64,000 nt of DNA, taken from IMG/VR virus record IMGVR_UViG_2974736276_000001, positions 64,001-128,000 of that record; one strand, written 5' to 3'. The position numbers were made by a program, and so were the translations under genes. Under the pieces are notes generated by a model, which made no database searches, had not been told where the DNA came from, and saw nothing but the letters and a program-made list of their open reading frames with translations. Positions 39,674 to 49,630 of the stretch are shown here, piece by piece; positions within the stretch are counted from its first letter, which is position 1; the number at the start of each line of letters is the position of its first letter. Source of the DNA: a virus (lineage: Duplodnaviria > Caudoviricetes).

Positions 39674-41227
39674 ATGAACAAGAATCAACTAATTGAAAAA
39701 TGGAAACCACTGCTTGAGAATGAATCTCTGCCAGAGATTTTGGGTGCCAGCAAACAAGCAATCATTGCTAAAATCTTCGAAAACCAGGAAAATGATTTTA
39801 ACACTGCTCCTGAATATCGCGATGAAAAAATCGCTCAGGCTTTCGGTGACTTCCTGAACGAAGCAGAAATTGGCGGTGACTCTGGTTACAACGCTGACAA
39901 CATCGCAGCTGGTCGTACTTCTGGTGCAGTAACTCACATCGGTCCTGCTGTAATGGGTATGGTTCGTCGTGCAATTCCTCATCTGATCGCTTTCGATATT
40001 TGTGGTGTTCAGCCAATGAACAACCCAACTGGTCAGGTATTTGCTCTTCGTGCTACTTACGGTGAAGATCCACTGGCAGCTGGTACTAAAGAAGCATTCC
40101 ACCCAATGTACTCTCCAAATGCAATGCATTCTGGTCAGGGTGCAGCAGTTAAGTTTGCTGATCTGAAAGCTGGTGATGCTCTGAAAGCTGGTGATATCGT
40201 TAAGTATGATTTCGCTGCAACTGGTACCGCATTCCTGCAGGCAACTGCTGATGTAACGGTAACTGTAGCTTCCGGTTCTGATCTGGACAAAACAGTAATT
40301 GCCTTGACCGAAGCTGGTTCACTGGCTGAAATTGCTGAAGGTATGGCTACCTCGATCGCCGAACTGCAAGAAGGCTTTAACGGTTCAAGCGATAACCCTT
40401 GGAACGAAATGGGCTTCCGTATCGATAAACAAGTTATCGAAGCGAAATCTCGTCAGCTGAAAGCTGCTTACTCTATCGAACTGGCACAGGATCTTCGTGC
40501 AGTACACGGTATGGATGCAGATGCTGAATTGTCAGGTATCCTGGCTACTGAAATCATGCTTGAAATCAACCGTGAAGTAATTGACTGGATTAACTATTCA
40601 GCTCAGATCGGTAAATCTGGTATGACTCAGACTGTTGGTTCTAAAGCTGGTGTGTTCGACTTCCAGGATCCAATCGATATCCGCGGTGCTCGTTGGGCAG
40701 GTGAAAGCTTCAAAGCTCTTCTGTTCCAGATCGACAAAGAAGCTGCTGAAATCGCTCGTCAAACTGGACGTGGTGCAGGTAACTTCCTGATTGCTTCTCG
40801 TAACGTTGTTAACGTATTGGCTTCTGTTGATACCAACGTAACTCCAGCAGCTCAGGGTCTGGCACGTGGTTTCGAAACCGACACTACCAAAGCAGTATTT
40901 GCGGGTGTTCTGGGTGGTAAATACCGTGTGTATATCGATCAGTATGCACGCCAGGATTACTTCACCATCGGTTACAAAGGCGCTAACGAAATGGATGCTG
41001 GTATTTACTACGCACCATACGTTGCACTGACTCCACTTCGTGGTAGTAACCCTAAGAACTTCCAACCAGTCATGGGCTTCAAAACTCGTTACGGTATCGG
41101 AATCAACCCATTTGCAGATACTTCTGCACAGGCACCTAAAGGTCGTATCGTATCTGGTATGCCAGATATCACCAATTCACTTGGTAAAAACGGTTACTTT
41201 AGACGTGTATGGGTTAAAGGTATCTAA
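39674..41227 (+). CDS. 23: major capsid protein gp23
   Basis: ICGVQPM, ELAQDLRAVHGMDA, GFKTRYG. Confidence 0.99.
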   Translation: MNKNQLIEKWKPLLENESLPEILGASKQAIIAKIFENQENDFNTAPEYRDEKIAQAFGDFLNEAEIGGDSGYNADNIAAGRTSGAVTHIGPAVMGMVRRAIPHLIAFDICGVQPMNNPTGQVFALRATYGEDPLAAGTKEAFHPMYSPNAMHSGQGAAVKFADLKAGDALKAGDIVKYDFAATGTAFLQATADVTVTVASGSDLDKTVIALTEAGSLAEIAEGMATSIAELQEGFNGSSDNPWNEMGFRIDKQVIEAKSRQLKAAYSIELAQDLRAVHGMDADAELSGILATEIMLEINREVIDWINYSAQIGKSGMTQTVGSKAGVFDFQDPIDIRGARWAGESFKALLFQIDKEAAEIARQTGRGAGNFLIASRNVVNVLASVDTNVTPAAQGLARGFETDTTKAVFAGVLGGKYRVYIDQYARQDYFTIGYKGANEMDAGIYYAPYVALTPLRGSNPKNFQPVMGFKTRYGIGINPFADTSAQAPKGRIVSGMPDITNSLGKNGYFRRVWVKGI

Positions 41228-41249
41228 TACCTTTTCACCAAAAAGAATT

Positions 41250-41274
41250 AGGGAACCTTCGGGTTCCCTTTTTT
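41250..41274 (+). terminator. intrinsic terminator
   Basis: AGGGAACC-TTCG-GGTTCCCT-TTTTT. Confidence 0.9.
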
Positions 41275-41278
41275 CGTT

Positions 41279-41286
41279 TATAAATA
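41279..41286 (+). promoter_or_regulatory. late promoter (gene 24)
   Basis: TATAAATA. Confidence 0.85.
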
Positions 41287-41315
41287 AAATAAATCCCATT
41301 TAAGAGAGAAGTGCA

Positions 41316-42596
41316 ATGAGCAAACAATACAAAATAAACAAACTCCTGCGCGAATCAACTGACACAACAAGTAACTCTAATTCACGTCCAAGTCTTGTTG
41401 CACTGACTCGCGCTACCACAAAATTAGTCTATACTGATCTCGTAGCTACACAGCGTACTAATCAACCCGTTGCTGCATTGTACGGTATCAAATATCTTAA
41501 CCCGCATGGAGATTTAACCTTTAATGCTGGTGCTACTTATGCCGGTGCTGCAGGTTCATTAGCTCGTGAAGGTATTGATGAATTAACTGATGCTACGGCT
41601 CCTGACTTGAAAGCTGGTGACTTTTTCCAGTATCAAGATGTTGTCTATAAAGTTTTAGCAGACGCTCCGTTCACTGGCGGTACAGGTGACCTAATTGATC
41701 TAGTTCAATTTGGTATCGTATCATTGACTATTCGTCTGTTCTCTGATGCTGCTGCTACTGAACACTTCGAGCAAGATGAAGATAATATTTCAGAAGCTTC
41801 ATTCAAGATCAATAAATGGCAGACTGCTGTTAAGACTCGTAAACTTAAAACTACCTTGACTGTTGAATTAGCCCAAGATCTAGAAGCTAACGGTTTCGAT
41901 GCTCCGAATTTCATTGAAGATTTACTTGCTACTGAAATGGCAGAAGACATCAATAAAGATATTCTACAATCTCTAATTACAGTTTCAAAACGTTATAAAA
42001 TTGATGGCGTAACTCCGAACGGTATTCTTACTATTAGCGATTATTCTAACGCTCCGGAAGCTGGTCGTTTACTGTATCAGATGATGTGTGAAATGAATTC
42101 CCATATTCAGCGTACTACCTCTTATTCAGGAACCTATGTTGTAGCTTCTACTCGCGTAGCGGGCATTTTAGCTTCTTCTGGATTTATGAAACTATCTGGT
42201 GACGCTGATAATAACAACGCTTACGGCTTCCTTAAAAATGGTCTTCCATTGTTCTGCGATACGAATACACCATTTGATTATATGACCGTAGGTGTTAAAG
42301 CTGATTTCGGTGATGCCGAATTAGTAGGTTCATTATTCTATGCTCCATACACCGAAGGTCTCGATTTAGAAGAACCTGAGCATGTTGGTGCATTTAAAGT
42401 AATCAACGATCCTAGTTCATTACAACCTAAAGTTGCATTGATGGTACGATATGCATTGTCTGCTAATCCTTACACTGTCGCTAAAGATGATAAAGAAGCT
42501 CGTCTGATTGATGGTGGTGATATGGATAAAATGGCTGGACAAAGTGATATGTCAGTATTGGTCGGTGTTAAACTTCCAAAATTACTGAGTGAATGA
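41316..42596 (+). CDS. 24: capsid vertex protein gp24
   Basis: LLREST..RPSLVALTRATT, ELAQDLEANGF. Confidence 0.96.
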   Translation: MSKQYKINKLLRESTDTTSNSNSRPSLVALTRATTKLVYTDLVATQRTNQPVAALYGIKYLNPHGDLTFNAGATYAGAAGSLAREGIDELTDATAPDLKAGDFFQYQDVVYKVLADAPFTGGTGDLIDLVQFGIVSLTIRLFSDAAATEHFEQDEDNISEASFKINKWQTAVKTRKLKTTLTVELAQDLEANGFDAPNFIEDLLATEMAEDINKDILQSLITVSKRYKIDGVTPNGILTISDYSNAPEAGRLLYQMMCEMNSHIQRTTSYSGTYVVASTRVAGILASSGFMKLSGDADNNNAYGFLKNGLPLFCDTNTPFDYMTVGVKADFGDAELVGSLFYAPYTEGLDLEEPEHVGAFKVINDPSSLQPKVALMVRYALSANPYTVAKDDKEARLIDGGDMDKMAGQSDMSVLVGVKLPKLLSE

Positions 42597-42597
42597 T

Positions 42598-43881
42598 ATG
42601 GCACAAATTGATGAACTAATTTACGAATCAAATACTTCGGCGGTGAATAGCACCGCCCGTCCTACATTGCTTTCATTTACTAAAGCAACTAACAGACGTA
42701 TTTTTAAAGATCTTGTAGCTACTCAACCTACTAAACAACCAGTTGCTGCGTTGTACGGTATTCGAGTTCTTAATCCTGATGATCAAATGACTTATTATGG
42801 TGGTGCTACATTCGCAGGTCTAATGAATAAGGAAGAGCGCTCAAATGTAGCTCCAATTGATTTGAATGCTTCATACGAGAAAGATGACTATTTCATGTAT
42901 GATAACGTAGTATTCAAAGTATTATCAGCTGATCCATTTAGTGGAACTTCTGAAACTGAGGCTGATGACATTGTATCTGAAGCTATCGCAGCATTAACTA
43001 TCAGAATGGTTTCTGAAGCTGCTCCTACTGAACAATTCGAAACAGGTGAGCCTGAAATAGCAGAAGCAGGATTCAAAATTGATAAGTGGCAGTCAGCAGT
43101 TAAATCCCGTAAATTGAAGACTTCTCTTTCTATAGAGCTAATGCAGGATTTAGAAGCTAATGGGTTTAATGCAGATGAATTTATTAATGAGCTTTTAGCT
43201 ATTCAAATGGCCGAAGAAGTTAATAAAGATGTATTGCAGTCTTTGATTACTATTTCGTCTCGTTTTAAAGTACAAGGTGTTAATAGCAGAGGTGTTCTCG
43301 ATTTAACTTCTATTTCAGGTGCTCAAGAACAGGCACGTACGCTATATTCATATATCTGCGAAATGCACTCACACGTTCAGCGTCAGACTAGTTTCGCTGG
43401 AACTTATGTTGTAGCTTCTTCAAGATGTTGCGCTATTTTAGCTGCTTCTGGTTGGGTTAAAAAAGGTAAAGATGACGCACCCAATGCTCCAGAATCTGCA
43501 TACGGTATGTTGAACATTGGTCTACCTCTTTATTCAGACGTGAACAGCCCGTGTGATTATGCTATTGTCGGTGTTAACGTTGACATGGGTAAAGGTCAAG
43601 TAGTTTCATCTTTATTCTATTCTCCTTATATTGAAGGATTAAAGAATGTTGAATCAACTGATGACGATCAGTTCGGTGAATTCAAAGTTATTATCGATCC
43701 AGATTCATTACAGCCTACAGTAGCTCTTCTTTCACGATATGTTCTTACTAGTAATCCTTATACTGTTCCAAAGGATTCACCAGGTGATCGTGTAGTTGAT
43801 GGTTCTGATATGGATGCAATGGCAGGACAAAGTAAATTAAGTTCGTATCTCGGTGTTAAGTTACCACAACTCGAGAAGTAA
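42598..43881 (+). CDS. second capsid vertex protein (gp24 paralog)
   Basis: colinear with the preceding gp24 over its full length. Confidence 0.93.
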   Translation: MAQIDELIYESNTSAVNSTARPTLLSFTKATNRRIFKDLVATQPTKQPVAALYGIRVLNPDDQMTYYGGATFAGLMNKEERSNVAPIDLNASYEKDDYFMYDNVVFKVLSADPFSGTSETEADDIVSEAIAALTIRMVSEAAPTEQFETGEPEIAEAGFKIDKWQSAVKSRKLKTSLSIELMQDLEANGFNADEFINELLAIQMAEEVNKDVLQSLITISSRFKVQGVNSRGVLDLTSISGAQEQARTLYSYICEMHSHVQRQTSFAGTYVVASSRCCAILAASGWVKKGKDDAPNAPESAYGMLNIGLPLYSDVNSPCDYAIVGVNVDMGKGQVVSSLFYSPYIEGLKNVESTDDDQFGEFKVIIDPDSLQPTVALLSRYVLTSNPYTVPKDSPGDRVVDGSDMDAMAGQSKLSSYLGVKLPQLEK

Positions 43882-43899
43882 GGGGCTTCGGCCCCTTTT
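43881..43899 (+). terminator. intrinsic terminator
   Basis: AGGGGC-TTCG-GCCCCT-TTT. Confidence 0.75.
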
Positions 43900-43923
43900 G
43901 TTGTATGTAAACAAGGAGAAAAT

Positions 43924-44937
43924 ATGGCTGACGAAAAGTTATTCGGACACGACGGAAGAGGAAACTATTACGGAGTTGCTCTGGTAGAAGTTCCCGACGG
44001 AGTTAAAATACCTTTCGATGATATTTTAGTAAAGGGAGATAAAATTGGTCCTCAAGATATTGACGGAACTGATTATGGAATGGGATTCCTTGAATTAGAG
44101 GATTCTTCAAAAGCATTGAACTATATTGGAATTGATCCTGATGATTTGGGAGTAGCAGGTCCCGCCGGACCAAGAGGTCCAGAAGGTCCAATGGGTCCCG
44201 TAGGGCCAGCTGGATTGAATTGGAGATCTTCATATGATAGTACCATTACGTATCAGAAAGACGACGCTGTCGGGTACTCTGGTGCATCTTATTTCTGTTT
44301 AAAGGAAGTAACTGGTGTTGCTCCTTTACCAGAGAATGATTCATGGGCTCTTTTAGCTTCTCAAGGTGCAAGAGGTCCTGCGGGTCTTAATGGGACAGAT
44401 GGTAAAAACGGGACAGACGGCAAGGATGGTACCAACGGTAAAGATGCTGTATTTGATCTAAGCAAATTAACCCAAGAAGAATTAAAAGCACTTTCACAAA
44501 GTCTTTATAAAGCTAATCAACTTAAATGGATTAATAAAGTTGCGCTTGGAATGCCGTACAACACTTCTAACACAGCAGTCTTCCGAATTGCTGACACTAA
44601 TCTCCAAATCAAATTTACTCCGACTGGAACATCAGCTGTTAAAATAGATCTTTCCAGATTTAGCGCTGATTCTCCTTCAAAATATGATGTCAAAAGGTCT
44701 ACCCAATATGATGGCGGTATTGAAGGCGCAACATTCTCTGATACTACGTTCACCGATTCATGGACAAATATTGATGCGACAACATACACAGGAATGAGAG
44801 AATCAGATTGGCTTGCTATATTTGAAAGAAGCACCCAAACATGGTGGAGATGCTATATTAACATTGCTGGGACTTGGAACACAAATGATAGCGGTGTTTA
44901 TATCTTAGTCGAAACAGTTAAAATGCAGGAGAGCTAA
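43924..44937 (+). CDS. collagen-repeat fibre-like protein with CBM5/12-like module
   Basis: two G-X-Y tracts flanking WRSSYDSTITYQKDDAVGYSGASY. Confidence 0.75.
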   Translation: MADEKLFGHDGRGNYYGVALVEVPDGVKIPFDDILVKGDKIGPQDIDGTDYGMGFLELEDSSKALNYIGIDPDDLGVAGPAGPRGPEGPMGPVGPAGLNWRSSYDSTITYQKDDAVGYSGASYFCLKEVTGVAPLPENDSWALLASQGARGPAGLNGTDGKNGTDGKDGTNGKDAVFDLSKLTQEELKALSQSLYKANQLKWINKVALGMPYNTSNTAVFRIADTNLQIKFTPTGTSAVKIDLSRFSADSPSKYDVKRSTQYDGGIEGATFSDTTFTDSWTNIDATTYTGMRESDWLAIFERSTQTWWRCYINIAGTWNTNDSGVYILVETVKMQES

Positions 44938-44938
44938 T

Positions 44939-45439
44939 GTGAAAATTCTTGGGCCTAATAAGGCCCTTCTTGGTAAAGATATAACGTATTCAGCCGATGT
45001 AGTATCTTACACTTCCATTAAATGGTATAAAGACGGAAATGAAATTTCTTTACTTCCAAGTGAAGATCCAATGCATCTTAATTTGTATGATATCGGATAT
45101 ATGGCAGCAGGAACTTATTGGGCAGTAGTCGATAGAATAAAGTCGAATGAAATTACCTTGTCAGTAGTTGAGAAACTTGCTGAACAGTACTGTTATATTC
45201 ATCCTATTCCGTGGCGACGTTGTGGTTATATCTGGATTGGTTGGTGGGTATTTGATGAAATCATAGAAGCTAATGCCGACGGGTTTGATTGGATGTCTGA
45301 TCCAATGAATGAAAGATTCAAATACCCCAAGGACATAAGTACGTTGGCTTGGGGATTTGAAAATTATGGCGATCTTGAAGTACAAGAATCTAGAAATGGA
45401 TATATTTACTGCAGAGATGAGCTAATTAAATTAACATAA
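44939..45439 (+). CDS. Hoc-like protein (Ig domain + Hoc capsid-binding domain)
   Basis: KWYKDG..AGTY Ig motif; YIHPIPWR..GWWVFDEI..QESRNGY. Confidence 0.85.
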   Translation: MKILGPNKALLGKDITYSADVVSYTSIKWYKDGNEISLLPSEDPMHLNLYDIGYMAAGTYWAVVDRIKSNEITLSVVEKLAEQYCYIHPIPWRRCGYIWIGWWVFDEIIEANADGFDWMSDPMNERFKYPKDISTLAWGFENYGDLEVQESRNGYIYCRDELIKLT

Positions 45440-45827
45440 ACACAATAAAAGCGTACGTCAGATAATGAGCCATTTGATCTGCACCCAGTGCAATCCAGAA
45501 CTTGTTTTCTGACGTGCTGTAATGACTGAATCCTTGAGCTTTTATCATGTCAACAACGAAATGAACAATTCCATCGAATAACGCAAAGGCTATTCCAATT
45601 CCCAGAGCTAATCCCCACGGCAGAACAGCCAACAACCCACCGAAAAGAACCGCAAGCGTTAAAACTGCATGAACAGACGAATGAGCAAATAACGGTCTAA
45701 CCCATCCCTCTTTTTTAGATTTACCAAGCATATATGTAGTTTGCAAAGGAAAATCCGCAATGAAGTGTTTAACGATTAATAAAACCATTAACACTAATGC
45801 AACTGAAGATGAAATCATAATAACCAA
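45426..45827 (-). CDS. DUF3307 membrane protein
   Basis: KHFIADFPLQ..H..H..HFVVD..GADQMAH. Confidence 0.8.
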   Translation of the reverse strand: MVIMISSSVALVLMVLLIVKHFIADFPLQTTYMLGKSKKEGWVRPLFAHSSVHAVLTLAVLFGGLLAVLPWGLALGIGIAFALFDGIVHFVVDMIKAQGFSHYSTSENKFWIALGADQMAHYLTYAFIVFMLI

Positions 45828-46366
45828 TCCAAATCAGATTTAAAGGCGTATTCTTCTTCTAAAGGAATACGTATATTGTCATGTAAAAGATTATAACACG
45901 GAATTCCGAACTTTCTTGCTATATCAACTGCAACTCGAGTCCCGCCCGAAACTTTCATATGCACTTCAGGTGCCCAGTAATATACAGCATCAACTGGTTC
46001 TAAGCAATCCAATCCTAATATCTGCATGGAGTTACGAGAAAATAAATTTTGAGCACCACGTTTTACTTGCTCAAAATATCCGGTAACTGACATTGCTTGA
46101 ACAACAGATTTTATTTTAGCTTCATTGGTTTGATTAGCCCAACAATAATATCCAGGAGAAGTTTCATGCTCATTGAATCCTTTCCATGGAATTATAATGC
46201 GAGATAATTCAGGATTATAGTCTGCCATCCATGCATCATCCATTCCTGGTGCTCCACCCGAATAACCAACTATACCTTTATCACTAAATCCCTTTCCAAT
46301 TACTCTAGCAAGTGCCTGAATATTTTGCGGCGCTCTTCGAGAACCAATTAACGCCACACGTTTCAT
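45815..46366 (-). CDS. SLOG/DprA-like nucleotide-binding protein
   Basis: ALIGSR..SGGAPGMD..RN..SGGTRVA. Confidence 0.8.
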   Translation of the reverse strand: MKRVALIGSRRAPQNIQALARVIGKGFSDKGIVGYSGGAPGMDDAWMADYNPELSRIIIPWKGFNEHETSPGYYCWANQTNEAKIKSVVQAMSVTGYFEQVKRGAQNLFSRNSMQILGLDCLEPVDAVYYWAPEVHMKVSGGTRVAVDIARKFGIPCYNLLHDNIRIPLEEEYAFKSDLDWLL

Positions 46367-46533
46367 AATTCAACCTGGTGTTTAATTTTTAGTTGACAGG
46401 ATTTACTGTATTTTGATTTAGGAACAGGCTGATACCCAAGTTCTCCTCGAGCAACAGCCTGTGCTATTTCATCATATCTTTTTTGCTGAGCTTTCTTTAA
46501 CTCAGTCGGTGAGTAGCTCTGTCCAGCGTTCAC
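46363..46533 (-). CDS. small hypothetical protein (56 aa, absent from track)
   Basis: GTG start within the rnlB 3' end after AGGA; stop overlaps next ATG. Confidence 0.5.
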   Translation of the reverse strand: MNAGQSYSPTELKKAQQKRYDEIAQAVARGELGYQPVPKSKYSKSCQLKIKHQVEL

Positions 46534-47512
46534 GGATAACTTCCTGCACCAGTTTTTGCAGTTGTTTCTTGACTAGCGCCGGGTCTTCAGCATGGCTAAT
46601 TTCCAGACCTTCACGCTCTGCTTCAACAAAGATATCTTGCAGAGTCAGGCCCATTACTTTACCGAAGTCTTTAGCAGTCACTTCACCCAGTTTAGAAACA
46701 ACGTTTGATACGCGATTCCAGGTGGCATATTCGCTGAACTTGGTCAATACATCAGCATCAATTTCAGACAACTCTTTTGGTGGCTGAATCAGCTTGTCTG
46801 ATTTTTTCTTTTCGCTGAATTTAGAGTTCTTGCATTTAATTGCAACACGAGAACCATTTGGCAGATAAGCTGGTTTATTTGGTTTCAATACATAACCTTC
46901 TGAAACGTTTGGACCTTCTTCATCTGCGAATACTTCCCAGACAGTCTCGTTAGTTTCGACAGTATTACCGCCTGAAGCCAAAGCATTAAAATCATTTACA
47001 CGACTTTGGAAGTCATTTGGAATTTTAATAAGATCTTCAAATTTACCACGACCAAGCAACGGCGCCATTTTGAAACCATAATGATTAGCCAAGTCTTCAA
47101 CTACTTTATCTTCAGCGTATGATACTTCACCGCCATAATTCATCAGCATGTCGAATACGTAGAATTCTTTTTCACCGTAGTCAACTTCTTTCTGAATACC
47201 GCCACCAGCGAACTCACCGAACACCTGAATGGATTTCAAATCAAGGTGACTTAAAGATGCACGAAGGCCTTCAAATGATTCTTTATAGCGCTTCATGATA
47301 ATTTCATAACCGAAGAAATTCTCGGCAGAAAGAATGACACCAGAACGTTTACAAGGTTGAATCAAGTCAGGAGTAATCAGTACACTGAAGTTAGTACCAT
47401 GAATCTTTTCACGAGCAACCCATTCACCACTATCGAGAGCAAGCTCTCGAATCTTCGAGATGAATTTACCATTGTGGTGATTTTCAAGTGAGCTATAACT
47501 ATTGAATTCCAT
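46502..47512 (-). CDS. rnlB: RNA ligase 2
   Basis: EKIHGTNFS, FGEFAG, EGYVLKP, AIKCKNSKF. Confidence 0.97.
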   Translation of the reverse strand: MEFNSYSSLENHHNGKFISKIRELALDSGEWVAREKIHGTNFSVLITPDLIQPCKRSGVILSAENFFGYEIIMKRYKESFEGLRASLSHLDLKSIQVFGEFAGGGIQKEVDYGEKEFYVFDMLMNYGGEVSYAEDKVVEDLANHYGFKMAPLLGRGKFEDLIKIPNDFQSRVNDFNALASGGNTVETNETVWEVFADEEGPNVSEGYVLKPNKPAYLPNGSRVAIKCKNSKFSEKKKSDKLIQPPKELSEIDADVLTKFSEYATWNRVSNVVSKLGEVTAKDFGKVMGLTLQDIFVEAEREGLEISHAEDPALVKKQLQKLVQEVIRERWTELLTD

Positions 47513-47569
47513 AATATTCCTTTCTTTTATTGTTAGCCGTATAAATAGCGGCCTGAACTATTATACATG

Positions 47570-47596
47570 ATAATATACTAAAATTTAATTAAGCAT
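47570..47596 (-). promoter_or_regulatory. middle promoter of rnlB
   Basis: ATGCTTA...TATTAT. Confidence 0.6.
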
Positions 47597-47597
47597 A

Positions 47598-47954
47598 TTA
47601 CCACTTGATTTTAAGAGTAATACCGCCGCGCTGGTATGATGTATCTTCACTGCGTTCTACAGTGAAACCTTCGGAACGAAGACTTTCAGTAACTTTAGAT
47701 TCAAAATGCGCATCAGATGCTTTGATTAAAAAAGATGCTTCAAATTTACCAAGAGCAGCAATAGCGTCTATCTGAGCGTAAATCCTATCGAGAATTCCAT
47801 TAACACCATTCTCAATTAGATCTAAAGCTGTTTGACGAGCCTTAAATGCTTTTGAGCTTTCATTGAAGGTGCGCCTCACTTCTTTAAATGCAGTCTCTGA
47901 GCGAGTTGAACAACGCTGAAGACGATCATCACCAAAACCAAAATCACCAATCAT
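47598..47954 (-). CDS. hypothetical protein
   Basis: GAGG RBS, operon context. Confidence 0.7.
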   Translation of the reverse strand: MIGDFGFGDDRLQRCSTRSETAFKEVRRTFNESSKAFKARQTALDLIENGVNGILDRIYAQIDAIAALGKFEASFLIKASDAHFESKVTESLRSEGFTVERSEDTSYQRGGITLKIKW

Positions 47955-47962
47955 AATAGCCT

Positions 47963-48304
47963 CTACGCTTTAATCACGCGATATTCGAAAGTATTACGAT
48001 GAGTCTTTCGAACTTCAAATTGAACTTTCATACCTACTGTAATCACGAGTACTTCGCGAATCTGTAGATCATAATCTTCTAAAGTATATCCACCAAGGAT
48101 GTCTTTAATAATAGGGCGCATGATTAAAGAGCCACTTTTATAGAAGAATTCACGATCAAGCCCTGCACTGACTGCAAGAATACCTGAAAAGTCGCTCAGC
48201 GATCGCCATTTGTTTAAACCGAGAGATGCACTAGTGAATTTAGAATTCATCATGTGCGTAAATGCAAATACAAAATGTGTTTTATCACGGGATAAGTATG
48301 TCAT
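47963..48304 (-). CDS. hypothetical protein (24.2 position)
   Basis: coupled ORF, synteny. Confidence 0.65.
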   Translation of the reverse strand: MTYLSRDKTHFVFAFTHMMNSKFTSASLGLNKWRSLSDFSGILAVSAGLDREFFYKSGSLIMRPIIKDILGGYTLEDYDLQIREVLVITVGMKVQFEVRKTHRNTFEYRVIKA

Positions 48305-48543
48305 ACTAATTCCTTCATTCGTTTAATAAGTTCACCTAAGTGACCTGAGGAGGTTGTTAATCGACGGCGGTAGACTACCTTCGGACGCTCTTTCGATTTG
48401 TTTCGGGCGATCAGGACATCTGCTACGGCATCAGAAACATCCTGTGCAGATAGTCCACCAATTTGACGTGCGATTTCTTTAAAAGATAAACCAGATTCTT
48501 TTAAAGCATACATTTTTAATTTATCGCTATTTTTTAGAGGCAT
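48301..48543 (-). CDS. small HTH-like protein (24.3-like)
   Basis: GLSFKEIARQIG..RPKVVYRRRL. Confidence 0.65.
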   Translation of the reverse strand: MPLKNSDKLKMYALKESGLSFKEIARQIGGLSAQDVSDAVADVLIARNKSKERPKVVYRRRLTTSSGHLGELIKRMKELV

Positions 48544-48634
48544 AAATTCCTAATCCAAAAATTAAAGAGGTGATAACAACACCGGACCAGAATTCTACAT
48601 TATAAATCGCGTGAAGCAAAATATCCAACATCAT
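48527..48634 (-). CDS. 35-aa hydrophobic protein (absent from track)
   Basis: GAGG RBS, MMLDILLHAIYNVEFWSGVVITSLIFGLGIYASKK. Confidence 0.5.
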   Translation of the reverse strand: MMLDILLHAIYNVEFWSGVVITSLIFGLGIYASKK

Positions 48635-48855
48635 AAAGCCTCAACAATGATTTCTACTGAGACAACTTCGACTTTTTCTTCATCTTTGATATAATGAGTT
48701 TCACCTGTAGTCAAATGAACACAATGCACCAAATCACCTTTTGAACCTGTGACCATGAAGATGTTGTTATTAAAATCAAACTTTGCACCTTTAAGTAATT
48801 GGTGGGCAAATGTTGTTTGCAGCTTTTTACGATTATCAGTAATTTTAGTTGGCAT
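48631..48855 (-). CDS. hypothetical protein
   Basis: GAGG RBS before MPTKIT. Confidence 0.65.
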   Translation of the reverse strand: MPTKITDNRKKLQTTFAHQLLKGAKFDFNNNIFMVTGSKGDLVHCVHLTTGETHYIKDEEKVEVVSVEIIVEAL

Positions 48856-49087
48856 TTTTAACCTCATAATAAGTAATAGCAAGAACGCCGTCCTGGAAAT
48901 TGAAAGCATCAGACATAGTATTTTCCAGTCCCAACTTTTTCCAGAGTGCAACTTTAGCCTTTGCGTATTGAACCATATAATCAAAATTATTAGGTTCATA
49001 TTGTGATGCAGTCCAACATTCAACTAAAGTTTGTGCTTCAGGTGACATCACTACATCAATAAGAATAGGTTGTAATCGCATCAGCAA
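48845..49087 (-). CDS. hypothetical protein
   Basis: ORF in early operon. Confidence 0.6.
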   Translation of the reverse strand: MLMRLQPILIDVVMSPEAQTLVECWTASQYEPNNFDYMVQYAKAKVALWKKLGLENTMSDAFNFQDGVLAITYYEVKNAN

Positions 49088-49118
49088 ATCTCCAAATGGC
49101 GGAATTCAACAGTAATCA

Positions 49119-49289
49119 TTATTTTTTAATCCAATTAATAGGAACAATTTCACTATACTTCTGTTGTTCTTCGGAGAAATGGTCAAGAAATAATGTCCAA
49201 GCAGCTTTTTCACTATTAAAGATGAAAAACGTTCCATCTTTCTTATTATGCCATATTCGACCAGTTCTTTTTGAGATTATTGCAAACAT
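49119..49289 (-). CDS. hypothetical protein
   Basis: GGAG RBS before MFAIISK. Confidence 0.6.
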   Translation of the reverse strand: MFAIISKRTGRIWHNKKDGTFFIFNSEKAAWTLFLDHFSEEQQKYSEIVPINWIKK

Positions 49290-49603
49290 AATTTCTCCAC
49301 AAATGCCCATTCAGCGTGATATACAGTTGCGCCTTTAATGTCACTGAGCATTTCAGTTCCGACTGGTGCAACCACACGATAAAGTACAGGCTCTCCGCCA
49401 ATTGACCGAGCTGCTCGACCTGCATAGATTTTTGCCAGACCTAAGTCTTCTGTGAAGAACACTCGGTCCAAATTTTTCTTACGGCCCGTTTCACTGAGAG
49501 TTTGGGTTGTAGATGGTGGAAGAAGCATATCCTTGATACCTGCTACAGTACAAGAACCATGATAAAAGACCTTTGCTTCTTTCCGACAGTGAATGGTTTC
49601 CAT
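49277..49603 (-). CDS. Arr-like ADP-ribosyltransferase-fold protein
   Basis: FYHGS..LLPP..VFFTEDL..AKIYA..GEPVLYRV. Confidence 0.65.
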   Translation of the reverse strand: METIHCRKEAKVFYHGSCTVAGIKDMLLPPSTTQTLSETGRKKNLDRVFFTEDLGLAKIYAGRAARSIGGEPVLYRVVAPVGTEMLSDIKGATVYHAEWAFVEKLCLQ

Positions 49604-49630
49604 AAGTTCCTCCGTTGTTGCTATGAGAGT

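Noticed and set aside
39689-41065. Long antisense ORFs within gene 23 and other structural genes
   Set aside because: Shadow ORFs from codon bias in highly expressed genes
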